Shown: positions 1-9,013, numbered from the stretch's first letter. The stretch is 43,912 nucleotides of DNA from an uncultured archaeon (GCA_938074535.1 CALJER010000026.1:1-43912), one strand, 5' to 3'. The notes: a model not told the origin generated them from the letters alone. Translations and numbers: made by a program.

Positions 1-1
1 G

Positions 2-721
2 AGGCTCACGGGGGTGCCCGTGCCCCCCAACAAGGCCATCGTGGGGGACAACGCCTTTTCCCACGAGTCGGGAATCCACACCCACGGGGTGCTCAGGTTC
101 CCGGGCACCTACGAGCCCCTCTCCCCCGAGCTGGTGGGGCAGAGGAGAAGGTTCGTTTTCGGGAAGCATGTGGGAGCGGCCGCCATCCGAACCGAGCTGA
201 GGAGACTGGGCATAAAGGCCTCCGAAGCCCAGATCAGGGAAATCTTCTCCCAGGTGAAGGCGCTGGGGGACAAAGGCAAGATGGTCACGGATGTGGAGTG
301 GAGGGCCATCGTGGACTCGGTCCTCGGTCGCTCCTTCGAGGAGATCGTCAGGCTGCAGGAGCTGACGGTGGTGAGCGGGAACAGGGTGACCCCCACCGCC
401 TCCGTGCGGCTGCAGGTGGAGGGTAAGGAACTCCTGAACTCGGGGACAGGGGTGGGTCCGGTGGATGCGGCCATGAATGCCATCAGGAAGGTGGTGGAGG
501 GAGTCTCCAACATAAGGCTGCAGGAGTACCACGTGGACGCCATTTCCGGGGGGACGAACGCCGTGGTCAGCGTGGTGGTGAAGCTGACGGACGGGAGGAG
601 GATCATAACGGCCAGGGGCACCTCGAGCGATATCATCATGGCGAGCGTGCAGGCCATGCTGGCGGGGGTTAATAGGTTCCTCTGGGACAGGAGGATGAAG
701 AATGCCAGAAAGAAGAGATGA
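2..721 (+). CDS. 2-isopropylmalate/citramalate synthase family protein, 5'-truncated (C-terminal part with regulatory domain)
   Basis: PNKAIVGDNAFSHESGIH, YEP..PELVG, GKHVG and GVGPVDAA motifs of the LeuA/CimA family; frame open to the window start. Confidence 0.9.
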   Translation, partial: RLTGVPVPPNKAIVGDNAFSHESGIHTHGVLRFPGTYEPLSPELVGQRRRFVFGKHVGAAAIRTELRRLGIKASEAQIREIFSQVKALGDKGKMVTDVEWRAIVDSVLGRSFEEIVRLQELTVVSGNRVTPTASVRLQVEGKELLNSGTGVGPVDAAMNAIRKVVEGVSNIRLQEYHVDAISGGTNAVVSVVVKLTDGRRIITARGTSSDIIMASVQAMLAGVNRFLWDRRMKNARKKR

Positions 722-992
722 GGAGGGCAGGCTCCGTTTGCCCAGGGAAGGGGAGGTGCTGGGGGTGGTGGAGCAGATAGTGGGCTTCGACAGGCTGAGG
801 GTGAGGTGCAGGGATGGCCACGTAAGGACCTGCAGGATTCCGGGAAAAATGAAGAAGAGGAACTGGGTGCGGGTGGACGATGTGGTGATAGTGGTTCCCT
901 GGGAGGTGGAGGGGGACAGGAAGGGGGACCTCGTCTACCGCTACACGGGGACAGAGGTGGAGTGGCTTAAGAAAAAGGGACTGTGGGAGTGA
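702..992 (+). CDS. eif1a: translation initiation factor aIF-1A
   Basis: RLP.EGEVLGVV...G..RLRVRC.DG..R.CRIPGKMKKR.WVR..DVVIV.PW OB-fold signature; lies next to RIO1. Confidence 0.95.
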   Translation: MPERRDEEGRLRLPREGEVLGVVEQIVGFDRLRVRCRDGHVRTCRIPGKMKKRNWVRVDDVVIVVPWEVEGDRKGDLVYRYTGTEVEWLKKKGLWE

Positions 993-1765
993 GGTTGCCG
1001 GAGGACTTGCAGGAGTTTCTGCCCAAGGGCGAGGGCTGGAAGTACGAGAGGCTTGAGAAGGATTCTGAGATGCGAAAGGTGGTGGAGAGGGTCTTCGACT
1101 CCTCCACCCTCTTGACCCTCTACCGCATGGTCAACCGGGGGAGCATAGACAGGTTCGGAGGGGCGGTGAGCACGGGCAAGGAGGCCCACGTCTTCAGGGC
1201 CCTGAACCGCGAGGGGGAGTACGTGGCGGTTAAAATTTATCGGGTGGCCACCTCCGATTTCAAGAACATGTACCGCTACCTCGTGGCCGACCCCAGGTTC
1301 AGGGGGATCCACAGGGACAGGAGGCAGGTGGTGTACGCCTGGGCTTCCAGGGAGTACAAGAACCTCCAGAGGGCGGGAGAGGCGGGGGTCTCCTCGCCCA
1401 GGGCGCTGGACTATGAGAAGAACGTGCTGGTGATGGAGTTCCTGGGGAAGGAGGGTCTGCCCTACCCCAGGATGAAGGATGTCCCCCCCAAGGATCCGGA
1501 AAGGACCTTCAGGAAGCTGCTGAGGGAGGTGGAGCTCCTCTACCGGGAGGCAAGGCTGGTCCACGCCGACCTGAGCGAGTACAACGTGCTCCTTTCCCCC
1601 GACCCCCTGCTGATAGATTTCTCCCTGGGCACCGACGTTTCCAGCCCCATGGCGGAGGAGTTCCTGAGGAGGGACCTCTCCAACCTCTCCCGCTTCTTCA
1701 GGAAGCAGGGGGCCTCCGTCCCGTCCGTGGAGGAGCTCCTGGCGGTGGTGAAGGGTGAAGGCTGA
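989..1765 (+). CDS. rio1: RIO1 family serine/threonine kinase
   Basis: STGKEAHVF, AVKIY and LVHADLSEYNVL motifs; GTG start overlaps the aIF-1A stop (GTGA). Confidence 0.93.
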   Translation: MRLPEDLQEFLPKGEGWKYERLEKDSEMRKVVERVFDSSTLLTLYRMVNRGSIDRFGGAVSTGKEAHVFRALNREGEYVAVKIYRVATSDFKNMYRYLVADPRFRGIHRDRRQVVYAWASREYKNLQRAGEAGVSSPRALDYEKNVLVMEFLGKEGLPYPRMKDVPPKDPERTFRKLLREVELLYREARLVHADLSEYNVLLSPDPLLIDFSLGTDVSSPMAEEFLRRDLSNLSRFFRKQGASVPSVEELLAVVKGEG

Positions 1766-2303
1766 GGGTCCCTCCGAAAGTCTGAGGCTGCCCAAGGACA
1801 GGGTGGGGGTGGCCATAGGGAAGAAGGGAAGCGTGAAGAGGGAAATCGAGCGCAGGACGGGAGCGAGGCTGGTTTTCGACAGCGAGGAGGGGGTAGTGCA
1901 GATTTTCCCCGGAGAGGACCCCCTCTCCCTGCTGAAGGCCAGGGAGGTCCTGAGGGCCATAGGGAGGGGCTTCAGCCCGGAGAAGGCTTTTACCCTGCTC
2001 GAGGAGGACCATTACCTGGAGGTGATAGAGCTGGAGGACTACGTGGGATCCGAGAAGGCCATGGTCAGGATGAGGGGGAGGGTGATAGGGGAGGAGGGAA
2101 GGGCGAGGAAGACCATAGAGGAGCTCTCCGGCGCCAGGGTTTCGGTGTACGGTAAGACGGTGGCCCTGATAGGAACCCCCGAGCAGCTCAGGAGGGCCAG
2201 GAAGGCCGTGGAGATGCTGCTTGGGGGGGCCGAGCATTCCACGGTTTACAGGTTCCTGGAGAGGGTGCACGCCGAAGAGGACAGGAAGGAGGTGAAGGGG
2301 TGA
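1755..2303 (+). CDS. KH-domain RNA-processing protein (Pno1/Dim2-like)
   Basis: Two GxxG KH loops (IGKKG, IGEEG), AIGRGFSPEKA and GAEHSTVYRFLE; conserved position in the archaeal aIF1A-RIO1-KH-top6 cluster. Confidence 0.92.
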   Translation: MKAEGPSESLRLPKDRVGVAIGKKGSVKREIERRTGARLVFDSEEGVVQIFPGEDPLSLLKAREVLRAIGRGFSPEKAFTLLEEDHYLEVIELEDYVGSEKAMVRMRGRVIGEEGRARKTIEELSGARVSVYGKTVALIGTPEQLRRARKAVEMLLGGAEHSTVYRFLERVHAEEDRKEVKG

Positions 2304-3856
2304 AGACCCTGGCGGATGAGCTCTTCAGGGAGTTCAGGGAGCACAGCGTAAGCGAGTTCTTCAGGAAGAACGCGGCCATGCTGGGGTACACCGGGAAGGT
2401 GCGGTCCCTCACCACCGTGGTCCACGAGGCCGTGACCAACTCCCTGGACGCCTGCGAGGAAGCGGGCATCCTTCCCGACATCAAGGTGGAGATCAGGAGG
2501 GTGGACGAGGACCCGGAGCACCTGAGGGTGGCGGTGGAGGACAACGGGCCTGGAATCCCGGAGAAGTTCATACCCAGCGTCTTCGGGAAGATGCTGGCGG
2601 GGACCAAGCTGCACAGGCTCCTGCAGCAGAGGGGCCAGCAGGGGATAGGGATTTCTGGGGCGGTGATGTTCGCGCAGATCACCTCGGGGAAGCCCGCCCT
2701 GGTGAGGACTTCCACGGGCGACGGCAGGGTGGTGGAGGTGGAGGTCTCGATAAACGTGGACAGGAACGAGGGGGAGGTGCACGGCAAGAGGGTGGAGGAG
2801 GGGGGATGGAAGGGCACGAGGGTGGAGCTGGAGCTGAAGGAGGTTGTCTACCAGCGCTCCCGCTACAGTCCCTTCCACTACCTGGAGATGACCTCCGTCG
2901 CCAATCCGCACGCCAGGATCACCCTGGAGGAGCCCGACGGGACGAAGACGGTTTTCGAGAGGGTGGTGAAGGAGGTCCCCCTCCCCCCGGAGCCCATGCC
3001 CCTCTACCCCAAGGGGCTGATGGCCGACGACCTTCTGGTCCTCTGCAGATCCTCGAAGAGCAGGACGCTGGCGGGTGCTCTCACCGGGGAGCTCTCCAGG
3101 ATGACGAAGAAGAAGGTGGAGGAGGTGGAGCGCCTGTCGGGGGTGAGGCTGGACAAAAAGCCCCAGGAGCTGACGTGGGAGGAGGCGGAGAGAATCGTGA
3201 AGGCCTTCAGGCAGATGAAGTTCATGGCACCCTCCTCCAGCGGGCTGAGACCCATCGGCAGGGAGCACATCGAAAAGAGCCTGAGGCGGATGTACGAGCC
3301 GGAGTTCGTGTCGGCCGTGACCAGGGAGCCCAAGTTCTACCGCGGGGGCATACCCTTCGTGGTGGAGGTGGGGATGGCCTACGGAGGGAAGGCCGGGAGG
3401 AAGGAGGAGGGTGAGGGGATGGAGGGAATGGAGCTCCTGAGGTTCGCCAACAGGGCCCCCCTGATTTTCGACCAGGGAGGGTGCGTGATCACCTCCGCCC
3501 TCAGGAGCATAGACTGGGGGAGGTACGGCCTGAACCCGGAGGCTTCCCCCCTCACGGTCTTCGTGAATTTCTGCTCCGCCTACGTCCCCTACACCTCAGC
3601 CGGGAAGCAGTCCATAGCGGAGGAGCCGGAAGTCTACGAGGAGCTCAGGTTCGCGGTGATGGACGTGGCCAGGGAGCTGCGCTTCTACCTGTGCCGCAAG
3701 ACCAGGCAGAAAGAAAAGGAGCAGAGGGCAGGGATCTTCGAGAAGTTTTTGCCCATCATAGCCCAGAAGGCCTCCTCCCTGGCCGGGGAGGAGCCTCCGG
3801 ACATAAGGCCCGTGCTGAAAAAGGTAACGGGGTTGGAGCCCGATGGAGGGGAGTGA
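2300..3856 (+). CDS. top6B: DNA topoisomerase VI subunit B
   Basis: GHKL motifs [19 protein letters not shown] and [10 protein letters not shown]; RFANRAPL; [12 protein letters not shown]. Confidence 0.97.
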   Translation: MKTLADELFREFREHSVSEFFRKNAAMLGYTGKVRSLTTVVHEAVTNSLDACEEAGILPDIKVEIRRVDEDPEHLRVAVEDNGPGIPEKFIPSVFGKMLAGTKLHRLLQQRGQQGIGISGAVMFAQITSGKPALVRTSTGDGRVVEVEVSINVDRNEGEVHGKRVEEGGWKGTRVELELKEVVYQRSRYSPFHYLEMTSVANPHARITLEEPDGTKTVFERVVKEVPLPPEPMPLYPKGLMADDLLVLCRSSKSRTLAGALTGELSRMTKKKVEEVERLSGVRLDKKPQELTWEEAERIVKAFRQMKFMAPSSSGLRPIGREHIEKSLRRMYEPEFVSAVTREPKFYRGGIPFVVEVGMAYGGKAGRKEEGEGMEGMELLRFANRAPLIFDQGGCVITSALRSIDWGRYGLNPEASPLTVFVNFCSAYVPYTSAGKQSIAEEPEVYEELRFAVMDVARELRFYLCRKTRQKEKEQRAGIFEKFLPIIAQKASSLAGEEPPDIRPVLKKVTGLEPDGGE

Positions 3857-4925
3857 AGGGGGAAGCAGGAAGCAGAGGACCCTCGAGAAACTCGGGAAGC
3901 TCGGGAAGGGGGTGCTGCAGGAGCTGAGGGAGGGCAGGCCCCCCAGGCTGAAGGTTCCCTCCAGGGGGACCTCCAACATCGTGTACGACGAGAAACACGG
4001 GTACTACGTGCTCGGGCCCAGGTACGAGGTGCGCTCGGCCTCCAGCATGGCACAGGTGAAGAAGTTCGCCCAGACCCTCTGCGTGGCGGATTTCTGCAGG
4101 GAGCTGGTGACGAAGGGGAAGTTCGCCACCCTCAGGGAGATGTACTACACCGCGGAGGGATGGGAGCCGGGGCCCTTCAGGGACCAGGACGAGTCCGACC
4201 TGCTGGTGGAGGACCTTGAGGCCATGCTGGGGGTGAAGAGGGAGGACCTGGCCCTGATGCCCGAGGAGGACGGGGCGGCGGTCTTCGGCGATCTGACGGT
4301 GAGGGAGGAGGGCGTGACGATCAACGCCCTGAAGGCGGGGAGGGGGGGGTACACCATTCCGCCCACCATCGATGAGGTGAAGTTCGTGAAGTGCGGGGCC
4401 AAGAGGGTGATAGCCATAGAGACGATGGGCATGTACCACCGCTTCGTGCAGGAGGAGGCCTGGAAGAAGTTCGAGGCGCTGATCGTGGGGCTGAAGGGGC
4501 AGGCGGCCAGGGCCACCAGGAGGTTTTTGAAGAGGGCGAGGGAGGAGCTCGGTCTGCCGGTTTACCTCTTCTGCGATGGCGACCCCTTCGGCTACCACAT
4601 AGGGATGGTCATCATCTCCGGCAGCGCCAAGCTGGCGTACATCAACCATGAGCTCGCGGTTCCGGATGCGAAGTACATAGGGGTGACGGCCAGCGACATC
4701 ATCGACTACAAGCTTCCCACCGACAAGCTGAGGGAGCTGGACATCGCCCGTCTGAAGCAGCTGCAGAAGGATCCCCGGTACAACACGGAGTTCTGGCAGA
4801 GGGAGATCAGGAAGATGCTGGAGCTGGGGAAGAAGGCCGAGCAGCAGGCCTTCGCCAAGTACGGGCTGGAGTACGTGGTGAGGGAGTACCTGCCCGCCAA
4901 GCTCAGGGAGGTGGAGGGATCCTGA
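3843..4925 (+). CDS. top6A: DNA topoisomerase VI subunit A
   Basis: TLREMYY catalytic Tyr region, QDESD, TOPRIM E and DGDPFG, KAEQQA. Confidence 0.97.
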   Translation: MEGSEGGSRKQRTLEKLGKLGKGVLQELREGRPPRLKVPSRGTSNIVYDEKHGYYVLGPRYEVRSASSMAQVKKFAQTLCVADFCRELVTKGKFATLREMYYTAEGWEPGPFRDQDESDLLVEDLEAMLGVKREDLALMPEEDGAAVFGDLTVREEGVTINALKAGRGGYTIPPTIDEVKFVKCGAKRVIAIETMGMYHRFVQEEAWKKFEALIVGLKGQAARATRRFLKRAREELGLPVYLFCDGDPFGYHIGMVIISGSAKLAYINHELAVPDAKYIGVTASDIIDYKLPTDKLRELDIARLKQLQKDPRYNTEFWQREIRKMLELGKKAEQQAFAKYGLEYVVREYLPAKLREVEGS

Positions 4926-4930
4926 CTCAG

Positions 4931-4945
4931 TTAAGCCTTTATGGG
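4931..4945 (+). promoter_or_regulatory. putative TATA-like promoter for the tRNA-Asn precursor
   Basis: TTAAGCCTTTATG, the AT-richest patch, about 20-30 nt upstream of the leader/tRNA start. Confidence 0.45.
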
Positions 4946-4974
4946 GAGTTGCCTTAGGAAGGGTGCCGGGGAGT

Positions 4975-5128
4975 GCCGGGGTGCTGCTCAGGCAGCCCGA
5001 AAGCTCAGCAGGTAGAGCGCTCGGCTGTTAAACCCGGTGTGGATGAAGAGCGAGCCTCAAGAGGAAAGGACGACGCACCGGGTGCCGCGACCGAGCGGTC
5101 AGAGGTTCGAGTCCTCTCCCCGGCGCCA
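4975..5128 (+). tRNA. tRNA-Asn(GTT) with two introns: 4983-5001 (19 nt, position 8/9) and 5031-5089 (59 nt, position 37/38); CCA encoded
   Basis: Removing both introns gives a perfect cloverleaf GCCGGGG TA GCTC AGCAGGTA GAGC G CTCGG CT GTT AA CCGAG CGGTC AGAGG TTCGAGT CCTCT CCCCGGC G CCA; both introns have bulge-helix-bulge junctions. Confidence 0.92.
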
Positions 5129-5290
5129 GAACAAGAGGTGAAACCCGAAAAAGCGAAGTGGGCTTAGAATCACCTGTTCTTCCTCTTCTTCTTCAAAAGA
5201 CCACTTCCTCCTCCTTCTTTTCTTCGGCCTCCCTCTCCTTGGGTTTTGTTTTTCAGTTTTCTTTCCTGCTTTCTTAACCATTCTCTTCAT
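5099..5290 (-). CDS. possible small basic/acidic protein with an AT-hook-like RRGRPKK motif
   Basis: ORF preceded by a BRE/TATA-like GCGAAAAACTTTAAG at 5335-5321; low complexity; its 3' end overlaps the tRNA antisense. Confidence 0.3.
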   Translation of the reverse strand: MKRMVKKAGKKTEKQNPRRGRPKKRRRRKWSFEEEEEEQVILSPLRFFGFHLLFWRRGEDSNL

Positions 5291-5593
5291 CCCTTTTGTT
5301 TTCAACGCGCACATCCGTTTCTTAAAGTTTTTCGCTCAAATTCCTGACCCCAATTCGCTTTTCGGGGGCAGGCATGGTCGAAAGAGGCGAGCTTCAGGAA
5401 AGGATCCGGCAGGTGCGGGGAGGATTCTTTGAGAGAATTCAGGACGTGTTTTAGCGAGGCGTAACTTGCGAGCGAAATCCTTGCATCACCCGAGATGGGA
5501 GCTATGCCAGCGGAGTGCGGTTGCTGGTTTTGGCTTTGCACTTTTACGGTCCCTCGGCGTCATTCTTTTTAGCTTTCACTCCTGAGGAGCTTG

Positions 5594-6574
5594 ATGAGGG
5601 TTTTTCTCCTTCGGGAGAAAGAGATAGGGGAACTCCTCTCCATGCGTGAAGCGATTGCTGCGGTGGAGGAGGCCTTCAGACAGAAGGGGGAGGGAAGAGT
5701 GCAGATGCCGCCCAAGTCCTACATCTTCTTCCCCAAGTATGCAGGGGACTTCCGGGTGATGCCCGCCTATCTGGAGGGGAGTGAGGAGGCCGGGGTCAAG
5801 GTGGTCAACGTTCACCCGGAGAACCCCAGAAGGGGACTGCCCTCGATAATGGCCACCATCCTGCTGCTCGACCCAGCTACGGGGATGCCGGTGGTCCTCA
5901 TGGGTGGTACCCTGATCACCGCCATCAGAACCGGTGCAGCCGGAGGGGTGGCGGCCAAATATCTGGCCAGGAAGGAGAGCAGGGTGGTGGGCATGGTGGG
6001 GGCGGGGGTCCAGGCCAGGGCCCAGCTGGAGGCCCTGAGGGAGGTGCTGGAGGTGGAAAAGGTGAAGGTGGTCTCCGCCCACCCCTCCAAAGCGAGGGAG
6101 TATGCGGAGGAGGCTAGAAAGGAGTACGGCATAGAGGTGGAGGGGATGAAGAGGGTGGAGGAGGTGGTGAGGGGCAGCGACGTCGTGGTGACCACCACCC
6201 CCTCTCGCGCCCCCCTGGTGAGGAGCGAGTGGGTGTCCGAGGGGACCCACCTCAACGCCATAGGTGCCGATGCCCCCGGGAAGCAGGAGGTGGAGCCTGA
6301 ACTCCTCAGGCGCGCCAAGGTGGTGGTGGATGACCTGGAGCAGGCCCTTCACTCGGGGGAGGTGAACGTTCCCTTCTCCCGCGGCCTTTTCAGGAAGGAG
6401 GACATCTACGGGGAGCTCGGGGAGATCGTGATCGGGAAGAAGCAGGGTCGCACCTCCCCCAGTGAAATCACCCTTTTCGACTCCACGGGTCTGGCCATCC
6501 AGGACGTGGTGGTGGCCTGGATGGTTTACCGTAAGGCCAGGAGGCTTGGGAAGGGCGAGGAGATAGAGCTCTAG
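5594..6574 (+). CDS. ala: alanine dehydrogenase (ornithine cyclodeaminase/mu-crystallin family)
   Basis: MPPKSY, GDFRVMPAY, GVKVVNVHPEN, TAIRTGAAG, GAGVQA, NAIGADAPGKQE, FDSTGLAIQD. Confidence 0.88.
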   Translation: MRVFLLREKEIGELLSMREAIAAVEEAFRQKGEGRVQMPPKSYIFFPKYAGDFRVMPAYLEGSEEAGVKVVNVHPENPRRGLPSIMATILLLDPATGMPVVLMGGTLITAIRTGAAGGVAAKYLARKESRVVGMVGAGVQARAQLEALREVLEVEKVKVVSAHPSKAREYAEEARKEYGIEVEGMKRVEEVVRGSDVVVTTTPSRAPLVRSEWVSEGTHLNAIGADAPGKQEVEPELLRRAKVVVDDLEQALHSGEVNVPFSRGLFRKEDIYGELGEIVIGKKQGRTSPSEITLFDSTGLAIQDVVVAWMVYRKARRLGKGEEIEL

Positions 6575-6575
6575 C

Positions 6576-7559
6576 CTACCTCCTCAGGCTGGTGTCCCGG
6601 GCCAGGATGGGAGAAATCTCCTTCTTGAGGGTCTCGAGGAAGGTGTCGAAGAGCTCCACGGGGACGGAGGCTCCGGCGGCCCCCTCGTGCCCTCCCCCGG
6701 ATCCCCCTATCCTTTCCACTATCCCCCGGAGGAGCTCGTTGAGGTCGATCTTCACCCCTGCTTTTCTCCTGAGGCTCATATCCACCTCTCTCTCCCCCCT
6801 CCTGGTGGCCAGGCCTATGTCGGCCCCCGTGACCCCGATGCAGTGGAAGGCGGCCTTGCTGAGGGAGCCGGAAGGGAGGTCGAGCACCATGGCCAGGTTC
6901 CCCTCCTTTGTCACGTGCTTCTTCACGTACTCCCAGGTTTCCCACTCCCTCTTGGTGGCCTTGGTGGCCCTCTCCACTATCTCCGGGATTTCCATGGGGG
7001 GAGTGTTCTTGGAGAGGAGCTCCACCACATCCCTCTTGTAGTGATAGTCGCCCGGCACTTCTCCCAGGGCCTGGCTCAGAAGGCCGGCTTCCATGTAGAT
7101 GGTGTGCCTGTTGTACTTGTTCAGGGTCTCCAGCACGAACTCGGTCTCCTCGCAGTAGTCCCCTATGGCTCCCCAGAGGGCCACCCGATCCAGATAGGGA
7201 TCGAGGAAGGGCTGAAAAAGCCTGAAGGTTAGTTCGGAGGTGCTGGCTCCTATTTCGTGCACGAACTGGGTGCAGGAGACATCCTTCTTGAGGGTGCGGG
7301 GGGGGAGGGGGTGGTGGTCGATGTAGAGGACCTCCCCCGCGGAGGAGAGCTCCCCCATCCGCTTGAAGATGGTCTCCTTCTGGGTCTCGTTGATGGCTAT
7401 ATCCAGGACGATGACGGTGCTCCCCTCCTCGGCTTCCTCGAGGTCCTTCAGGAGGGTCACGGGCCTTGTGAACCAGACCTCCGCCTTGGGGAAGCGTGCC
7501 TTGGCCAGGGCGGCGGAGCACACCCCGTCCGTGTCCCCGTGGGCCAGGATCTTGATCAT
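6576..7559 (-). CDS. DHH-family phosphoesterase with DHHA1 domain
   Basis: HGDTDG, LD, YIDHH and GGGHEGAAG motifs. Confidence 0.88.
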   Translation of the reverse strand: MIKILAHGDTDGVCSAALAKARFPKAEVWFTRPVTLLKDLEEAEEGSTVIVLDIAINETQKETIFKRMGELSSAGEVLYIDHHPLPPRTLKKDVSCTQFVHEIGASTSELTFRLFQPFLDPYLDRVALWGAIGDYCEETEFVLETLNKYNRHTIYMEAGLLSQALGEVPGDYHYKRDVVELLSKNTPPMEIPEIVERATKATKREWETWEYVKKHVTKEGNLAMVLDLPSGSLSKAAFHCIGVTGADIGLATRRGEREVDMSLRRKAGVKIDLNELLRGIVERIGGSGGGHEGAAGASVPVELFDTFLETLKKEISPILARDTSLRR

Positions 7560-7629
7560 CGTTCTACTTCCTCCTCCCGGGATTTAACACCCGGGCTCAA
7601 AGTTAAATCGGCGTTCACCGAGGATAGTT

Positions 7630-7742
7630 GGGCCCGTAGCTCAGCCAGGTTAGAGCGCCCGACGACCTTCGGGTCGGGCGAGGCTCATAGGCTTGGCTGG
7701 GAGACCGGGTGGTCGGGCGTTCGAATCGCCCCGGGCCCACCA
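7630..7742 (+). tRNA. tRNA-Ile2(CAT) with two introns: 7662-7682 (21 nt, position 30/31) and 7690-7703 (14 nt, position 37/38); CCA encoded
   Basis: Spliced sequence GGGCCCG TA GCTC AGCCAGGTTA GAGC G CCCGG CT CAT AA CCGGG TGGTC GGGCG TTCGAAT CGCCC CGGGCCC A CCA; the GGGCCC acceptor stem is Ile-type, not Met-type; both junctions form BHB motifs. Confidence 0.88.
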
Positions 7743-7780
7743 GCCCAGGATCCTTATAGGAAAGAGGGGGAGGTTTCTTG

Positions 7781-9013
7781 ATGCCCGAGTGGGGGAGGGG
7801 GGTTTCCGCCGACCTCCACCTTCACTCCAGGTACTCCGGAGGGACCTCCTCCAGGATGGAGGTGGACCTCCTCTCCCAGCAGGCCCCCCTGAAGGGCCTG
7901 GGCCTGGTGGGTACGGGGGACATCCTCCATCCGGGCTGGAGAAGGGAGGTCAGGGAAAAGCTGAGGGAGGTGGGGGAGGGAACGCTGGAGCACCCCCGCT
8001 ACGGCACGAGGTTCCTGCTCACCGGGGAGGTGGAGGACAGCAGGAGGGTGCACCACCTCCTCCTCTTTCCCTCCTTCTCCGCCGTGGAGGAGCTGGAGGA
8101 GCGTTTCTCCCGCAGATCGGAGGACCTGGGGAAGGAGGGGAGACCGCACGTGGACCTCTCCCCCCCGGAGCTGGCGGAGGAGGCCCTCTCGGTGGGATGC
8201 CTGCTGGGGCCCTCCCATGCCTTCACTCCCTGGACCAGCCTCTACAAGGAGTTCAACAGCCTGAGGGAATGCTACGGGGACCAGGCGGACAAAATCTCCT
8301 TTCTGGAGCTGGGGCTGAGTGCGGACACCTACATGGCGGACCGCCTCTCCGAGCTCTCCCGCCTGACCTTCCTCTCCAACAGCGATTCCCACAGCCCCTG
8401 GCCCGAAAGACTGGGAAGGGAGTTCAACAGGTTCGGCATCCAGGAGCCCACCTTCGAGGAGGTCAGGAAGGCGGTGGAGAGGAGGGAGGGCAGAAGGGTG
8501 GTCCTCAACGTGGGCTTCGACCCCAGGCTGGGGAAGTACCACCGCACCGCCTGCTCCCGCTGTTTCAAGCAGTTCGAGCTGGAAAGGGCCAGGGAGCTGG
8601 GATGGAGGTGCGACGATTGCGGCGGGTGGGTGAAGAAGGGGGTCTGGGACAGGGTGAACGAGCTGGCCGATCTCCCCGAGCCCTCCTCCCCTCCCCACCG
8701 TCCCCCCTACCTCCGCGTGGCGCCCCTGGCCGAGATCCTGGCCCTGGGCTGGGGAACGGAGGTTCGCGATCCCAGGGTGAGGGAGACCTGGAGGAGGCTG
8801 GTGGAGAGGTTCGGGTCGGAGATAGGGGTGCTGGTGGACGCCCCCCCTGAGGAGATAGAAGAGGTGGTGGGAAGGGAGTTTTCCGGCCTGATCATGGCCT
8901 TCCGCAGGCAGGAGCTCAAGGTCTTCCCCGGAGGTGGGGGGAGGTACGGCAGGCTGGAGCTGCCTCCCCACCTCTCCAAGAGGGGGCAGCGCACGCTGGG
9001 CGACTTCACCTGA
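7781..9013 (+). CDS. endonuclease Q family protein (PHP domain plus Zn finger, TIGR00375-like)
   Basis: ADLHLHSRYS, GTGD, HAFTPW, ELGLSAD, SNSDSHSP, RLGRE, GKYHRTACSRC..CDDC, GGGGRYG. Confidence 0.88.
   Translation: MPEWGRGVSADLHLHSRYSGGTSSRMEVDLLSQQAPLKGLGLVGTGDILHPGWRREVREKLREVGEGTLEHPRYGTRFLLTGEVEDSRRVHHLLLFPSFSAVEELEERFSRRSEDLGKEGRPHVDLSPPELAEEALSVGCLLGPSHAFTPWTSLYKEFNSLRECYGDQADKISFLELGLSADTYMADRLSELSRLTFLSNSDSHSPWPERLGREFNRFGIQEPTFEEVRKAVERREGRRVVLNVGFDPRLGKYHRTACSRCFKQFELERARELGWRCDDCGGWVKKGVWDRVNELADLPEPSSPPHRPPYLRVAPLAEILALGWGTEVRDPRVRETWRRLVERFGSEIGVLVDAPPEEIEEVVGREFSGLIMAFRRQELKVFPGGGGRYGRLELPPHLSKRGQRTLGDFT

Noticed and set aside
702-4925. aIF-1A-RIO1-KH-top6B-top6A cluster as a novelty
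   Set aside because: A well-known conserved archaeal gene neighbourhood
4965-4971. Upstream GCCGGGG copy as the true tRNA 5' end
   Set aside because: It would put A at position 8 and gives no BHB that restores the cloverleaf; the 4975 start does both correctly
4973-5167. 64-aa ORF over tRNA-Asn
   Set aside because: It coincides with the tRNA gene and has no protein features
5129-5590. Integrated element at the tRNA-Asn 3' end
   Set aside because: No integrase, and I found no duplicated tRNA 3' end (att site) in the window
7630-7742. tRNA-Met assignment from the CAT anticodon
   Set aside because: The acceptor stem GGGCCCG is Ile-type, and the initiator A1-U72 pair and the three G-C anticodon-stem pairs are absent
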